A stretch of DNA of 62,996 nt, the filler included. It is 8 parts of 8 records of this genome, joined end to end, with 100 filler letters (N's around TTAATTAATTAA, not from the genome) between each part and the next. Parts side by side here need not be neighbours in the genome. Positions count along the whole stretch, not along the records: positions 12,174 to 22,888 come from SRR31147125_3690; positions 22,989 to 31,154 come from SRR31147125_3693; positions 31,255 to 36,262 come from SRR31147125_3711; 5 more parts are not named here. One strand, given 5' to 3'. The notes under the pieces are model-generated. The model saw only the letters and a program-made list of their open reading frames with translations. It was not told the origin of the DNA and ran no database searches. A program made the translations under genes and the position numbers. Below, piece by piece: positions 20,668-31,896 of the stretch (position 1 is the stretch's first letter; each line of letters starts with the position of its first letter).

Positions 20668-21267
20668 ATGTACAAAACACCGGAAACAATTCATAAAGTA
20701 GAAGACCTTGATATGTCGGCAGAGTACAGTTATGCCGATTATTTGCAATGGAAATTTGAAGAACGGGTGGAAATAATTAAAGGAAAAATTTTTCAATTGG
20801 CGGCTCCAAAAAGGAGACATCAGGACATTTCTGCCGAAATTTTTGTTCAATTAAAAAGTTTTGTAAATAATTCAAAATGTAAAGCTTATTACGCTCCGTT
20901 TGACGTACGCCTCCCAGTTTCAACTAACGAAGAGAAATCTTTCACTGTTGTTCAACCCGATATTTGCGTAATTTGTAATTCCGATATTTTAGACGAAAAA
21001 GGCTGCAATGGCGCGCCAGATCTTATTGTTGAAATCCTTTCACCATCCACTTCGCAAAAAGATGCTACCGTAAAATTTGATTTGTACGAAGAAGTTGGCG
21101 TAAAAGAATATTGGATGGTTTATCCGGAAATGAATCTTGTTGATGTTTTTCTTCTGAATGAAAAAGGAAAATACGAATGGATTAAAAAGTACGCTGCAAA
21201 CCAGAAAGTCGCGGTAAATGTTTTAGAAGGCTGCGAAATAGATTTGGAACAGGTTTTTGCAGAATAA
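20668..21267 (+). CDS. Uma2 family PD-(D/E)XK endonuclease-like protein
   Basis: P...HQ.IS, APFDV, VQPDICVIC, PDLIVEILSPST, GVKEYW. Confidence 0.9.
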   Translation: MYKTPETIHKVEDLDMSAEYSYADYLQWKFEERVEIIKGKIFQLAAPKRRHQDISAEIFVQLKSFVNNSKCKAYYAPFDVRLPVSTNEEKSFTVVQPDICVICNSDILDEKGCNGAPDLIVEILSPSTSQKDATVKFDLYEEVGVKEYWMVYPEMNLVDVFLLNEKGKYEWIKKYAANQKVAVNVLEGCEIDLEQVFAE

Positions 21268-21411
21268 TCTAAAAAATATCAAATCTGCAAATTACAGTTG
21301 GCAAACTCACTGCTTATAAAACTCGTTACTAATTCCTGTAATTCATCACCTCCAAACTTCAACAATTATCCTATTTTTGTACCTCTCGAAAATAATTAAA
21401 ATCAAAATAGA

Positions 21412-22785
21412 ATGAAAAAATTTGCTCTTGCAGTACTTTCTGCATTGCTGGCTTTCGGAGTTTCTGCACAGGATCTCGACAAGGAAGCTATTAACGAAAT
21501 CCGCTCGTCGGTAAAAATGGATGCCTACACAAAAGGTATGCAAAATGCCCTGTCGAACAACGACATTAACAAGCTGGCGAAAAATCTGAGTAATATTAAT
21601 GAAGACGATCATCATTTTACTTACCGTATTGATGTAAAAGGTATCACCAATCAAAAAAGCTCGGGACGTTGCTGGTTGTTTACTTCGCTTAATATGTTCC
21701 GACCAAATGCAATGAAGGTTTTTAACGTGGGCTCATTCGAATTCTCGCAAAACTATCTGTATTTCTGGGATTTATTCGAAAAATCGAACCTGTTCCTGAA
21801 TAACATGATAGAAACGACCGATAAACCAATTGACGATCGTCTTGTTCAATGGTATCTTCGCTCTCCAATAGATGATGGCGGAATGTGGAGCAGCTTTGCC
21901 AATTTAGTTGATAAATACGGAATGATTCCGAAAGATGCAATGACAGAAACGAATTCTAGCGAGAATACCCGTTACATGGTAAAATTCATCAATCTGAAGT
22001 TAAAAGAAGATGGTTTGCGTTTGCGCGAGGCGGCAGAAAATGGTGCCAAACAAAAAGAATTGCAGGCACAGCGCGAAGAAATGATGAAAGAAGTTTACCG
22101 GATGCTGGTTTTAAATTTAGGCGTGCCTCCATCTGAATTTAGCTGGCGTTACGAAGACAAAGACAAAAATGTGTCGGAATACCAAACTTATACTCCGCTT
22201 GAATTTAAAAAGAAGGTTTTGGGCGATATCCAGGTAAAAGATTATGTAATGTTGATGAACGACCCTACCCGTCCATTCGATGTGCACTACGAAATTGATA
22301 ATTACCGAAATGTGGAAGAAGGTGTTAACTGGCACTATGTAAACCTTGCAAACGATAAAATTAAAGACATGGCCATTGAGTCAATAAAAAACAACATGGC
22401 ACTTTATGCATCGTGCGATGTTGGCCAGCAATTAGATCGTAATTACGGCATTTTGGACGTTGATAATTTCGACTACGAATCGGTTTACGGCGTATCGTTT
22501 GGCATGGACAAAGGAGAACGAATTCAAACCAAAGCCAGTGGTTCTTCGCACGGAATGGCACTTATTGCTGTTGATTTAGATAAAAATGGCAAGTCGACCA
22601 AATGGCAATTCGAAAACAGCTGGGGAACTTCAGCCGGTCATAAAGGCTACTTAACATTTACCGACGAATGGTTCGATGAGTTTATGTTCCGAATTGTGGT
22701 TCACAAAAATTTTGTAACACCCGAAGTTCTCAAAATTTACGAAACCAAAGCTACTTTCCTTCCTCCCTGGGATTGGATGTTTTAG
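21412..22785 (+). CDS. secreted C1B family cysteine aminopeptidase (PepC/bleomycin hydrolase-like)
   Basis: signal peptide, NQKSSGRCWLF, SHGM, ENSWG. Confidence 0.92.
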   Translation: MKKFALAVLSALLAFGVSAQDLDKEAINEIRSSVKMDAYTKGMQNALSNNDINKLAKNLSNINEDDHHFTYRIDVKGITNQKSSGRCWLFTSLNMFRPNAMKVFNVGSFEFSQNYLYFWDLFEKSNLFLNNMIETTDKPIDDRLVQWYLRSPIDDGGMWSSFANLVDKYGMIPKDAMTETNSSENTRYMVKFINLKLKEDGLRLREAAENGAKQKELQAQREEMMKEVYRMLVLNLGVPPSEFSWRYEDKDKNVSEYQTYTPLEFKKKVLGDIQVKDYVMLMNDPTRPFDVHYEIDNYRNVEEGVNWHYVNLANDKIKDMAIESIKNNMALYASCDVGQQLDRNYGILDVDNFDYESVYGVSFGMDKGERIQTKASGSSHGMALIAVDLDKNGKSTKWQFENSWGTSAGHKGYLTFTDEWFDEFMFRIVVHKNFVTPEVLKIYETKATFLPPWDWMF

Positions 22786-22844
22786 AAAGTCCGAAGTTAG
22801 AAGACAGAATACAATAAGCGGTATTAATAAATTCCGCTATATGT

Positions 22845-22888
22845 AAAAAAGGCAGATCTTGAAATTATTTCAGGTTCTGCCTTTTTTT
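22845..22888 (+). terminator. rho-independent terminator
   Basis: AAAAAAGGCAGATCTTGAAAT...ATTTCAGGTTCTGCC-T7. Confidence 0.75.
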
Positions 22889-22988
22889 NNNNNNNNNNNN
22901 NNNNNNNNNNNNNNNNNNNNNNNNNNNNNNNNTTAATTAATTAANNNNNNNNNNNNNNNNNNNNNNNNNNNNNNNNNNNNNNNNNNNN
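22889..22988. other. artificial contig spacer
   Basis: N44-TTAATTAATTAA-N44. Confidence 0.99.
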
Positions 22989-23602
22989 GATTGCGAAAAA
23001 ACGGAGTGTTAAGGCCGTCGGGTCTCAGGAAGATGCTAACAAAAAATTTACGTGCCAAAAAATTCGATGACCTTAATACCCCATTGATTATTGCAGCTAC
23101 AAACATGCGAACTGGCAAGGCAGAGTACATAGACAAAGGAAATCTGGTAGATACAGTGATAGCGTCTTCAAGTATCCCGGTTCTATTTGAATCAACAAAA
23201 CTAAAAGATGACATTTATATGGATGGTGGTATTGTAGATAACCTGCCTGTAGAACCGATCCAAAATAAATGTAAAAAAATTATAGCGGTACACGTTAATC
23301 CAATTGGTGAAGAAAAAAATTTGAAAGGCATTATAAAAATGGCATTCCGTTCATTTCACCTCAGTGTTGCATCCGGTGTCGAATTTAAAAAAGATAACAT
23401 TGATATATTCATTGAACCCATTGAACTAAAAGACTTTGGCCTTCTTGATATAAATAAAGGAAGAAGTATGTTTGATATCGGATACCACGAAGCTAAAAAA
23501 ATTCTTACGCAAAAAAAGAAGGAATCCGTGCCTAATGTTAACTTTGTAGGCTTTATTTTAATTACAATTGTTTCAGATGCCAAGAAAGACTTTTATATAT
23601 AA
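22989..23602 (+). CDS. patatin-like phospholipase, 5'-truncated; true stop may be near 23535
   Basis: ASSSIP.LF, DGG..DN.PV; tail runs over a TAACTTTG Bacteroidota-type promoter element and the cysS start. Confidence 0.8.
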
Positions 23603-25042
23603 TACTCTCACAAAGAAAAAAGAAGAATTTATTGCTGTAAATCCACCTCATGTTGGCTTGTATGCTTGCGGCCCAACTGTTTATAGCGATCCCCACTTAG
23701 GTCATGCCCGCCAGGCCATTACATTCGATATACTTCTTCGATATTACACACACATTGGCTACAAAGTACGCTATGTGAGAAATATTACCGATGTTGGCCA
23801 TTTAGAAGATGAAGTTTCAGGTGAAGGAGAAGACAGGATTACCAAAAAGGCACGATTGGAACAATTGGAACCCATGGAAGTGGTTCAACATTATACAAAC
23901 CGCTACCACCTTTTCCTTGATCAGCTTAATGTAAAAAGACCAAGCATAGAACCAAAAGCTTCGGGACATATTATTGAACAACAAGAATTAATTCGAAAAT
24001 TGCTCGAAAACGGTTTAGCCTATGAGTCGAATGGTTCAATCTATTTTGATGTAGAAAAATACGACAAGGATAATAATTATGGAAAATTATCAGGCCGCAA
24101 AATTGAAGACCTGTTAAGCAATACACGTGAGTTAGACGGACAATCAGAAAAGAAAAACAGTCTTGACTTTGCACTTTGGAAAAAAGCATCTCCTCAACAT
24201 ATTATGCGTTGGCCGTCGGAGTGGAGCGATGGTTTCCCGGGCTGGCACCTCGAGTGTTCGGCAATGGGCAATAAATATCTGGGTGAAGAATTTGATATTC
24301 ACGGCGGAGGAATGGATTTGATGTTCCCACACCATGAATGCGAAATTGCCCAAACAAAAGGAGCTTTTGGAAAAGAAGCCGTAAAATACTGGATGCACAA
24401 TAACATGATTACCATAAACGGACAAAAAATGGCTCGTTCACTAAACAATTTTATCACGTTGGAAGAATTGTTTGCAGGAAATCATGAAAGGTTGGAACAG
24501 GCTTACTCCCCCATGACGATAAGATTTTTATCCTTCAGGCACATTACCGCAGTACACTTGATTTCTCGAACGATGCATTGCAAGCATCAGAAAAAGGTTT
24601 AAAGCGGCTTTTCCAGGGATACAAAACTTTGTTTAAATTAAATCCAGGCAAAGAATCTACAATTAATGTTCAAAAAATAGAAGAACAGTTCTACGAGGCC
24701 ATGTCTGATGATTTGAATACACCCATCGCCATTTCACATTTGTTTGATGCAGTCCGTATTATCAATTCAATAAACGATGGCAAAGAAAAAATAGATGCTG
24801 CGTCTCTAGAAAAGTTAAAATCTCTGTTCCAGGTATTCATTTTCGATATCTTGGGCTTGGTTGAAGAAGAAGCAAGTAACGATGATCTTTCATCTGACCT
24901 TATTGATATGATCCTAAACGTAAGAATGGATATTAAGGCGAACAAAGATTACGCAACTGCAGATAAAATCCGTGATGAACTCACAAAACTTGGCGTTATA
25001 ATTAAAGATAGGAAAGACGGATTTGATTGGGAGATTGGGTAG
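23577..25042 (+). CDS. cysS: cysteine--tRNA ligase, split by a frameshift in the T-run near 24527
   Basis: [32 protein letters not shown]; adding one T restores [11 protein letters not shown] and joins the 24578-25042 ORF. Confidence 0.95.
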
Positions 25043-25046
25043 GTTG

Positions 25047-25457
25047 TTACTTTAAAATAGTAATCCAAAAAACAGCTGAAATAGGAGCCGGAAGACTTTT
25101 CCATTTTCCATGACTAACTTCTTTATAGGCTCCTCTTGAACCTAAAAGGGCAACGGACAAATGATATAGTTGGAATTTGTTTACCTGGTGTTATTTTCCT
25201 ATCAGGATTAATATAAACAGCGACATTTTCTAGACAATAAAAACATCATCATAGACTGATATTTTGTACTCACTCAGATCTAGTTTATTATCTCCAGAAT
25301 CCTGCTTATGCAGAGTGAAATAAATATTTTCTTTTAATAGGTTTTCTCCAATCACTCCTCCTTTACCATTATAAAAATTAAATCTTAGTATAGCCGAATC
25401 AGCATAGTTACCTGCGATATGAAAACTAAAATCTGTTTTTTTATGGTATTTTTAGAA
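25047..25457 (-). pseudogene. 5'-less, frameshifted paralog of the C-terminal domain of the adjacent 25458-26462 gene
   Basis: manual translation KTDFSFHI..DSAILRFNFY..IGENLLKENIYF..DLSEYKISVYDDVFI / LENVAVY / SHGKWKSLPAPISAVFWITILK*. Confidence 0.8.
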
Positions 25458-26339
25458 TTATTTGAGAATAGTAACCCAAAAGCATGTTGATAAAGTAGCT
25501 GGCCATTCCTGCCATTTCCCAATACTTGTTTTTCTGTGATATCCTTTTGAACCTGCCATTGTTCCTCTAAACATCATAGAACATATAAGTTTATCATTCT
25601 TATCTTTTTTTAGATTCTGATTAGTTGATAAATAAGCAGCTATATTTTCAAGAGTAACAAAAATATCATGATCAACAGACAATCTTAAATCACTCAAATC
25701 AATACAATAATTACCCTTGTCTCCTTTCTTAACAACAAAATATAAATTACTTGCTAAAAGGTTTTCTCCAATTTTTCCATTTACATACTTATAAATATTC
25801 AATCGTAATTTAACAGAATCAATTTTTACATAGGTTATCCTAAAATTAAAGTCTTTAATAAATGTTGTCTTATTAGGCATATGAATAACATTCCCAACCT
25901 CCATCCCTAACCGATCAGAATTAGCATAAAATGCATTCCAAAGTTTTATCACACTTTTTCTAACTTTATTACCCCTGATTCTCTTTGTTAGTTTATTGGA
26001 AACTATTTTAGCTTCTACTAATTCCGTTGATTTTGGAGTCAAATAAAATTCAATATCTTTTTGTATTGTTATTTTAGAGATAGCAACCTTCCTTTTTGAA
26101 TATCCAATCCTGGAAAATGTCAAGCTATCAAGCAATAACGAATCTGGAATTTCTAATTGAAAATATCCGGAATCATTCGAAACGGTTCCCAGATTTTTAC
26201 CTTCTATGCCAATGTTTGCATAATCTATGGAGTTTTGATTATTGGAATCAATGAGCAAACCTTGCACTACAAAAGTCTTCTGGGCATTCAGCATAATTGG
26301 AAAGAATATAAACAGAACAACAACATTTGTTTTCATCAT
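25458..26339 (-). CDS. carboxypeptidase-like regulatory domain (CarboxypepD_reg) secreted protein
   Basis: signal peptide from MMKTN, G.LID.....I.YANI.I, GTVSN..GYF.L, FS.IGY. Confidence 0.75.
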   Translation of the reverse strand: MMKTNVVVLFIFFPIMLNAQKTFVVQGLLIDSNNQNSIDYANIGIEGKNLGTVSNDSGYFQLEIPDSLLLDSLTFSRIGYSKRKVAISKITIQKDIEFYLTPKSTELVEAKIVSNKLTKRIRGNKVRKSVIKLWNAFYANSDRLGMEVGNVIHMPNKTTFIKDFNFRITYVKIDSVKLRLNIYKYVNGKIGENLLASNLYFVVKKGDKGNYCIDLSDLRLSVDHDIFVTLENIAAYLSTNQNLKKDKNDKLICSMMFRGTMAGSKGYHRKTSIGKWQEWPATLSTCFWVTILK

Positions 26340-26898
26340 GAAAAGTATGTGGTTATATAATTGAAACTTTCGAAAACAAATATATCTTGTTATTGTAACG
26401 ACTCCTAATTCATTAACATTCTTTAAGTTAATATATGTTAATACAGGTTGATGTTCATACAACCTTGAATATTATTATATGATCCAATAAGTGATACTGT
26501 GCATAATTGTATATAATGAATTAAACATAAAAACAAGAAGAAAAATTTACGCTAATGCTTTTGTTATGAATAAAAAGGCTAAATGCAAATCTCAACAGAT
26601 TATTTCAGATTAGTAACAGACAAAAATAATCCTGCTAATGACGCTTCCCCATAACAATTCGAATTAATAAATACGCTTAGGCGTTTTTAAGATTACAAAA
26701 TGAAAAAACAAAATCGCTAAATAATTTACAACATTACAATATGCAGAACAATTTGCGCGGAATGCTTTGCAAAATCACAATGAGTACAAACGTATCCGTT
26801 AAACATTTTGCAAGTGCGCAATAAGATATGATTTATTTATTCTTACATTCTGAAGCAGTCAAATACGAATTTACGCAAGTAAAATGGATTTTACGTTA

Positions 26899-28344
26899 TC
26901 AAAGTGCTTTTCTCAACCTGGCCACAGGAATATTTAATTGCTCGCGGTACTTGGCAACGGTTCGACGGGCAATTTGATAACCTTTTTCTTTGAGAATCTC
27001 GGCTAACCTGTCATCGGTAAGTGGTTTCTTTTTCTCTTCGGCATCAATACAATCCTGAAGAATCTTTTTAATCTCGCGTGTTGAAACTTCTTCGCCCGAT
27101 TCTGTTTGAAGTCCTTCAGAAAAGAAATATTTCAACGCATACATTCCAAAATGTGTCTGGATATATTTGCTATTCGCGACCCTTGATATAGTAGAAATAT
27201 CCAGGGCTGTCCTATCCGCTATATCCTTAAGAATCATTGGGCGCATTTTTGTTTCATCACCCTCCTGAAAATATGCTTCCTGGTATTCAATGATGGCTTC
27301 CATAGTTAGAAGCAAGGTATTTTGTCGTTGCCTAATGGCATCAATAAACCATTTAGCTGAATCGAGCTTATGCTTTACAAAACTAACCGCATCTTTCTGT
27401 TGCTTGTTGTTTTTCTTACTTTTTGCATAAGAGTCAAGCATTTCAGTGTAAGTCCTGCTTAACCTTAAATCAGGGACATTTCTTTGGTTCAGGCTCAATT
27501 CAAGTTCACCATCATTATTATCCAGGATAAAATCAGGAATAATGTGTTGTGCTGTTTTGTTAGAAGGATCGCTGTATGAACTTCCAGGCTTCGGATTTAA
27601 GTGAACTATTTCTTCAATGGCATCTTTTAAATCTTCTTCCTCAATATTCAATCGTGCTATTATTTTCTCGTAATGCTTTTTAGTAAACTCATCAAAGTGA
27701 TGCTTGAGAATTTGCCTTGCAAGTTTTACGACCGGATCATCCTGGTTCTTTTTATCTATTTGAAGTACGAGGCACTCTTGTAAATCTCGTGCTCCAACAC
27801 CCACTGGATCAAAATCCTGGATTATCCTCAATATTTCAAGAAGTTCCTCTTCTGTAGTTTGAATATTAAGTGAAAAAGCCAGGTCATCCACAATGGCTTC
27901 TAGTTTACGGCGCAGGTAACCGTCTTCATCGATATTACCAAGGAGGTAAAGTGCCAGATTGTATCTTGTTTCATCAAGCTTTCGGAGACCGAGCTGTGTT
28001 TCTAAATGATCATGGAAAGTAGCACCAACAGAAAACGGAATATCTTCCCGCTTATCATCTTTGGAATAATTCCTGGCTTGAAGCTTATAGTCGGGAATAT
28101 GATCTTCCTCGTTCATATAATCTTCCAAAGAAAACTCATCTTGTTCGCTTTCAGAAGTATTTTCGTCTTGTGGTTCCCCGTCCTCGTCGGTTTCTTTTCC
28201 CATTTCTAAAACAGGGTTCTCCTCTATTTCCTTTTTAATCCTTTGCTCAAGTTGCATGGTAGGAACCTCTAGCAACTTAATCATTTGGATTTGCTGCGGA
28301 GATAGCTTTTGTAATAACTTCTGTTGTAACCGCTGTTTTAACAT
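26899..28344 (-). CDS. rpoN: RNA polymerase sigma-54 factor
   Basis: Q/L-rich N-terminus, DP.GVGARDLQECL, RpoN box ARRTVAKYRE. Confidence 0.97.
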   Translation of the reverse strand: MLKQRLQQKLLQKLSPQQIQMIKLLEVPTMQLEQRIKKEIEENPVLEMGKETDEDGEPQDENTSESEQDEFSLEDYMNEEDHIPDYKLQARNYSKDDKREDIPFSVGATFHDHLETQLGLRKLDETRYNLALYLLGNIDEDGYLRRKLEAIVDDLAFSLNIQTTEEELLEILRIIQDFDPVGVGARDLQECLVLQIDKKNQDDPVVKLARQILKHHFDEFTKKHYEKIIARLNIEEEDLKDAIEEIVHLNPKPGSSYSDPSNKTAQHIIPDFILDNNDGELELSLNQRNVPDLRLSRTYTEMLDSYAKSKKNNKQQKDAVSFVKHKLDSAKWFIDAIRQRQNTLLLTMEAIIEYQEAYFQEGDETKMRPMILKDIADRTALDISTISRVANSKYIQTHFGMYALKYFFSEGLQTESGEEVSTREIKKILQDCIDAEEKKKPLTDDRLAEILKEKGYQIARRTVAKYREQLNIPVARLRKAL

Positions 28345-28409
28345 ATAATTATCTCGATGAAAGAAATAAATCTAATCACAAAATTAAAAAAATATGTGAA
28401 TGTTCAATC

Positions 28410-29798
28410 CTAGAACTCTGCGCTCTTAGGAGTTCTTGGGAAAGGAATCACGTCTCTGATGTTGCTCATTCCGGTAACAAACTGAACCATACGCTCAAAG
28501 CCAAGACCGAAACCACTATGAGGTGCTGTACCAAATCTTCTTGTATCAATATACCACCACATTTCTTTTTCGTCCATATCCATTTCTCTGATACGTTGCA
28601 GTAACTTATCAAGGTCTTCTTCTCTTTGCGAACCACCGATAATTTCACCGATTTTTGGAAATAGTACATCCATGGCTCTTACCGTTTTTCCATCATCATT
28701 CTGCTTCATATAAAAAGCTTTGATGTCTTTTGGATAATCTACCAAAATAACCGGTTTTTTGAAATGCTTTTCAACTAAATATCGTTCATGTTCCGATTGA
28801 AGATCCAAACCCCATTCAACAGGATATTCAAATTTCTGATCTGCCTTTTTAAGGATTTCAATTCCTTCGGTATATGATAAACGAACAAATTCATTATCAA
28901 CAATAAATTTCAATCTTTCAATTAATTCTTTATCAAACATTGAATTAAGGAACTCAAGATCATCTGCACAATTATCGAGTGCGAATTGAATAAGGTATTT
29001 TACAAATTCCTCAGCCAAATCCATGTTATCATTGATATCATAAAAAGCCATTTCCGGTTCATTCATCCAGAATTCGGCAAGGTGACGTGGCGTATTTGAA
29101 TTTTCTGCACGGAATGTAGGCCCGAATGTATAAATCTCGCTCAAAGCAAGTGCTCCTAACTCACCTTCGAGCTGTCCCGAAACGGTTAAGTTAGTTTCGC
29201 GGCCAAAAAAATCTTCATCAAAATTAATTGCCCCATCTTCCGTTTTGGGTGCGTTATTTAAATCGAAAGTTGTAACGCGGAACATCTCCCCTGCCCCCTC
29301 GCAATCAGATGCTGTTACAATTGGTGTATGTAAATAAACAAATCCTTTTTGATGGTAAAATTGATGGATAGCGTAAGCAAGATTATGCCTAATTCTAAAT
29401 ACGGCTCCAAATGTATTTGTACGAAAACGCAAGTGTGCGATTTCGCGTAAAAATTCCATAGAATGCCCTTTTTTCTGCAAAGGATATTTTTCCGGATCAG
29501 CAGCACCATAAAGTTCTACTTCTTTAGCCTGAATTTCAACTGATTGTCCTTTTCCACCAGATTCTACAAGATTACCTTTAACAGCGATACATGCACCGGT
29601 AGTTATATCTTTTAGAACAGCCTCATCAAAATTGGCTACATCAACTACAACTTGTATATTTTTTATTGTTGAACCATCATTCAAATGAATAAAGGCAACA
29701 TTTTTATTTCCTCTCTTTGTCCTAACCCAACCTTTAACTAATACATCTACATTGTATTCAGTCGATAGAAGTAAATCCTTTATTTTTATTCGCTTCAT
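28410..29798 (-). CDS. asnS: asparagine--tRNA ligase
   Basis: [38 protein letters not shown]. Confidence 0.96.
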   Translation of the reverse strand: MKRIKIKDLLLSTEYNVDVLVKGWVRTKRGNKNVAFIHLNDGSTIKNIQVVVDVANFDEAVLKDITTGACIAVKGNLVESGGKGQSVEIQAKEVELYGAADPEKYPLQKKGHSMEFLREIAHLRFRTNTFGAVFRIRHNLAYAIHQFYHQKGFVYLHTPIVTASDCEGAGEMFRVTTFDLNNAPKTEDGAINFDEDFFGRETNLTVSGQLEGELGALALSEIYTFGPTFRAENSNTPRHLAEFWMNEPEMAFYDINDNMDLAEEFVKYLIQFALDNCADDLEFLNSMFDKELIERLKFIVDNEFVRLSYTEGIEILKKADQKFEYPVEWGLDLQSEHERYLVEKHFKKPVILVDYPKDIKAFYMKQNDDGKTVRAMDVLFPKIGEIIGGSQREEDLDKLLQRIREMDMDEKEMWWYIDTRRFGTAPHSGFGLGFERMVQFVTGMSNIRDVIPFPRTPKSAEF

Positions 29799-29872
29799 TC
29801 CTTAAAAAATTTTGAAATGCAAAAATAGAATTATTATGAAGAATTTTCGATTTTGTATTTTATATAAAACAA

Positions 29873-29898
29873 AAAAAGCTGCAATAATGCAGCTTTTT
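29873..29898 (-). terminator. terminator after TPR gene
   Basis: AAAAAGCTGCA-ataa-TGCAGCTTTTT with A/T tracts on both sides. Confidence 0.7.
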
Positions 29899-29919
29899 AA
29901 AATATTTTAACGAATAATC

Positions 29920-30900
29920 TTATTCACCGCATTTTAATACTTGTTCCATTTGGTACTTAGCAGATTCTTCGTATCTACCTACCGCAGCTTTGGTATATGT
30001 TGCACAAGCATTCTCTTTATCACCTTTTCCTTCGTAAGCTTTTGCAAGTTCGTAATTAACTTTTGCCATTGCTTCTTCACCGCTTGTTGTCATTTCAACA
30101 GCTTTTACTCCATTTTCAATAGCTTTATCCCAATTCTCTAAATTATTATAAGACATTGCTATGTAATAATAAGTATCGCCTGTTGCATCTTTATAATTTA
30201 ATGAATTTTCGAATGCTGATGCCGCTGTTTTGAAATCTCTGCTATTTATTGCTTTTTTAGCAGTATTTTCGTAATGGTTACCCAATGTTTGGATTGTTTT
30301 CTTTACTGTTGAATTACCCTCAGGTCCTATTTCAATAATTTTATTGAAATTTTCAATCATAGCATCTTGGTTATCAAGATTTTTTTCTGATAATGCAAGG
30401 TAAAAATACGCATTGATATATTTTGGGCTTAATTCAATCGCTTTTTGAAATTTAGGCCTGGCATTTACATAATCTTTTGCTTTATATGATTCTAAAGCTT
30501 GAGCATAATAAAACTTTGGAAGATTCTTTTTAGCTTTTTCTTCTGTATTTGAATCTCCATATTCTTGAGATTTTTCTATTGTTTTTTCAAGACCTTTAAT
30601 TGCATCGTCCATTTGTTTTGCTTTATAAGCATCTAAAGCAATACCATAGTATAAGTTTGGTAAAAGTTCTTGCGCTTTAATCTTATGTTCATCTGCTTCA
30701 GAACCTACTTCTTCACAAACTTTTATTGCATTTTCTAGTTTTTCAATTGCATCGGCAGTTTCACCAGCATTAATTGCTTCTGCTCCAGCATTAAACGCTT
30801 CAATTGCATCGGTTAAAGTTTGTGCAAAATTTTTCTCTGTCATGCCTAACATTGCTACGACGAATGCTATAAAAAATACTTTTACATTAAATCCCTTCAT
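29920..30900 (-). CDS. secreted tetratricopeptide repeat protein
   Basis: signal peptide; repeated TPR-like helices (FQKAIELSPKYINAYFYLA). Confidence 0.85.
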   Translation of the reverse strand: MKGFNVKVFFIAFVVAMLGMTEKNFAQTLTDAIEAFNAGAEAINAGETADAIEKLENAIKVCEEVGSEADEHKIKAQELLPNLYYGIALDAYKAKQMDDAIKGLEKTIEKSQEYGDSNTEEKAKKNLPKFYYAQALESYKAKDYVNARPKFQKAIELSPKYINAYFYLALSEKNLDNQDAMIENFNKIIEIGPEGNSTVKKTIQTLGNHYENTAKKAINSRDFKTAASAFENSLNYKDATGDTYYYIAMSYNNLENWDKAIENGVKAVEMTTSGEEAMAKVNYELAKAYEGKGDKENACATYTKAAVGRYEESAKYQMEQVLKCGE

Positions 30901-31079
30901 ATTTAATTAACTTTGGTTAAACTATTTAACAAATGGCGGTAAAAATAGTTAACATAAACGAAATATAAAAAATATTTCCATCTATAAACAAAAACAGCTG
31001 CCAAACGAATTTGACAGCTGTTCCTAATGAATGATTTGTATATATATTGTGAATTATTGTTAGGATGTAGCGATTGTTA

Positions 31080-31154
31080 CTAGTTTACCCAGCATTCTGT
31101 GCTATTCATCCACTCTTCTAGTGCTAATTCAGAATCTCTGATTTCGTCTAATAA
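31080..31154 (-). CDS. 3' end of a truncated hypothetical protein
   Basis: LLDEIRDSELALEEWMNSTECWVN* runs from the contig edge; hairpin at ~30993-31022 downstream. Confidence 0.45.
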   Translation of the reverse strand, partial: LLDEIRDSELALEEWMNSTECWVN

Positions 31155-31254
31155 NNNNNNNNNNNNNNNNNNNNNNNNNNNNNNNNNNNNNNNNNNNNTT
31201 AATTAATTAANNNNNNNNNNNNNNNNNNNNNNNNNNNNNNNNNNNNNNNNNNNN
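31155..31254. other. artificial contig spacer
   Basis: N44-TTAATTAATTAA-N44. Confidence 0.99.
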
Positions 31255-31381
31255 GAAAAATTTCTATTTTTCTACAGTCCCTGAAGCTAATACTAATATT
31301 ATTTTGTCGAATATTCTCAATTATTGCTTGCTAAATGATACTGTGATAAAATACTACCAAATGATTCAACGAGGAGTAATT

Positions 31382-31866
31382 ATGAGAAATAAATGTTTTG
31401 TATTTTCTATTATAATTACTATAGCCAAAGGTTGCAAGGTGCAAGCATTATGTGCCCTAACAACTGGATACCCAAAGAAAGTTTATACTTTTCATTAAGC
31501 AACAGTATACTGTCATTAACGACAACAGATGAAGAGGCTACAATAACCGTAAGATACTTCCCAAAATCTTCTTTAGATAACGTTAACAGCAATGAGGATT
31601 TTAACAATTATATGATTAATGACTTGCTGAAAAGAGGACTAATTAGAAATGTCGATATTCAAAACATTCAGCCCTTTGCTAGCGATGATAAAAGGCCTTT
31701 TATTGTTTATCCTTCAGAACTCATTATTACGCATTTTAACCTGGAATACTCAGATGCCTACTACTGTATTGAGATGATATATTCAGGTGATGATAAAACT
31801 CTTATTGAACAAATGCTTGATATTGGGCAGAGTTTTGTTGGAGTTGGTAATGGGGTTATAAACTAA
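31382..31866 (+). CDS. hypothetical protein, probably frameshifted near its 5' end
   Basis: GAGGAG RBS before ATG 31382 (MRNKCFVFSIII) and TTGCTT-17-TAAAAT promoter-like site, but the long ORF is in another frame (31393-31866). Confidence 0.5.
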
Positions 31867-31896
31867 GTAAGTAAAAATAATTAAACTATAGAAGAG

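Noticed and set aside
20668-21267. Uma2 nuclease as part of a defence system
   Set aside because: Solitary and widespread family; no partner methylase, ATPase or toxin gene adjacent.
24520-24602. Programmed frameshift or split cysS (likewise miaA, mutL)
   Set aside because: One added base in a homopolymer restores the canonical motif, and the same error pattern recurs in unrelated contigs.
29799-29919. Leader-peptide attenuator upstream of asnS
   Set aside because: No Asn-rich uORF seen; the hairpin is the TPR gene terminator and a TAnnTTTG promoter element lies downstream of it.
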